This document shows, one piece after another, positions 62,293 to 64,000 of a stretch of 64,000 nucleotides of DNA (the first letter of the stretch is position 1; every line of letters begins with the position of its first letter). Below the pieces are notes generated by a model. The model was given only the letters and a program-made list of their open reading frames with translations. It did no database searches and was not told the DNA's origin. A program made the position numbers and the translations under genes. The stretch is from Chrysemys picta bellii (lineage: Eukaryota), in assembly GCF_011386835.1 (NCBI RefSeq), contig NC_088797.1, forward strand, positions 72,106,001 to 72,170,000, written 5' to 3'.

Positions 62293-64000
62293 TGTGTGTG
62301 TGTAACAAATTATGCATCTGCATTTAAATGCCACGCTATTTTAGCATGGGTTCCAATTTCATTTTAGATGGTTGGAGTCATATGTCCTGCATCTCTAAAT
62401 ACCACCTAAGGGCTTAGAGTGATCACCAAGAAGTACCAAGTGAGTTTTGACACTCTAATTGCTTGAATAGGCTGTTGCTTTATAATATGCTCTAAGGTCA
62501 CCTGAAGACACCAATCTTCTTACTTAGATAAAATTTCACCCTGAATTGTGTGTGTTCAATGCTCTTAATATGTTCGGGGGCATGGGGAGTGAATACCAGG
62601 AAGCACCAAAGCGTGTTGTATCATCAAGGATAAAGTTGTAGTAATTTACAGAATAGTTGGAGTTTCTAGTGATAATTCCCTTCCTATTCTTCCTATGAAT
62701 TCTAGACCTGCATACAAGGTGAAAGCTTAACTACAGTGCTTTACTTGAGAGATGCTTATGAGCAGTGGAGCGTGCCAGACTATATTGGAATTTGGAACAC
62801 TGCTGTTGATGGCTTTTTCTGATGCTCATCCTATTCAAACAGTAAATTTACTATCTAATCACAAGTTGCCATGTCAGTCTAAACAGAGTTATGTGGAGCT
62901 TCAAGCAATGCATAAAATAATCTAAGAAGACTGACAGCCAGTAAAATTACTCTGTGTTTGCTTTTTCATTATGGAAGCAGCCTTTGATCCTGCAGAATTA
63001 GAGGCCTTGTCTCCTGTGAGGCTTTCTGGAGGTGTGCAGTTCCACAATGTATTCTGCAATCAGAAAACTGCATAGATTCAAATTTCCAGGAATAAATGGT
63101 TAAATTGGACATGGTTGGATCACTCCCTCATTCTCTATATTGGGAGTTGGACACGGTGATCACTCCCGCATTCTCCACTCCCTTTACCTTGTGTAGTCAT
63201 TTACTCCTGTGTAAAATGTCTGTGGTTCATCATCCAACCAGATTTCTCCATGCACTTATACCAGCAGCAACATTTTGCACAGGAGACAATAGTCACACAA
63301 TATTCCAGGCAGTGGAGAATCAGGCCCCTAATGCTATAGAAAGATTCTGTTGATCCCTCAATTCAGTGTAGTATGCATCCTCCCAAAGAAATAAAATAAA
63401 CCCAACAAAGATAAGGAATGCCCAAGCCATCTGCAGAAGAAGCTATGCACAACTACAGCTCTATACTAGAGGACATTCTTGGTACTTCATGGGTGAGCAC
63501 CTTTGCTTTTGGAGCATGGTGACCTAACCTTATTATTGAAGTGCAATTTTTCTGAGACTTTTTTTAATCAAAGAATTATGGTCAACATACAGCGTAATCA
63601 ACCCAGAATGTAGATTTTAAGTATTTGCCTACCTACTATTTGTAGACATCATTTGTTGTCATGTCTTAATTTGACTCAAGCTCATCAAGACAAAGTATGT
63701 GTCCACCTATGTGTTCTGTGAGAAGCCTACTGTACTGTGGCCACTGTGAATAATAGTGGCATGGCAGCACCTCTAAAGTTAAGTGTCTGTCACATCTGTT
63801 TAAAAGTTTATAGTTCTAAGTCTTCTAAACTCTTAGTTAGCGTTCTTTGAAACTTGGTAAGTCTCAGGAGGGTGCACGGTAAGATTAGTGACCCAAAGTT
63901 GGAGTCACTTGAGCCAGAGGTTCTGGAGATACAAGACCTTAAAAAAAGCCCGCCCCCCCCTTTTTTTTAAAGGGGATGATTTTGCCTTGAGCTAGAGATC

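Overview
This is vertebrate DNA, most likely from a turtle. That assignment rests on my recall of the repeat families (tortoise-type tRNA/CR1 SINE, CR1, Penelope/Neptune, Harbinger and hAT MITEs), not on a database search. The only host coding sequence I can support is the 3' end of SH2D4B on the + strand: an SH2-domain exon at 3167-3387 and the last coding exon at 7093-7185. The remaining ~57 kb is non-coding and rich in mobile elements. The most striking structure is a 2.66-kb near-perfect palindrome at 39061-41723. It consists of two 5'-truncated Penelope-like retroelement arms joined head-to-head, each carrying a minimal hammerhead ribozyme, inside one 13-bp target-site duplication (TSD). 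An 88-bp insertion at 35193 has the same architecture in miniature, and a 95-bp insertion at 11932 is little more than one hammerhead. The window also holds a decayed two-gene Harbinger transposon nested in a CR1 with a SINE, three to four solo LTRs, a hAT element nested in a Harbinger MITE, several Tc1/mariner-type and Harbinger MITEs, an unexplained exact 25-bp duplication and a strong CTCF-like motif. Almost all other ORFs in the track are spurious. All coordinates and alignments were done by eye.
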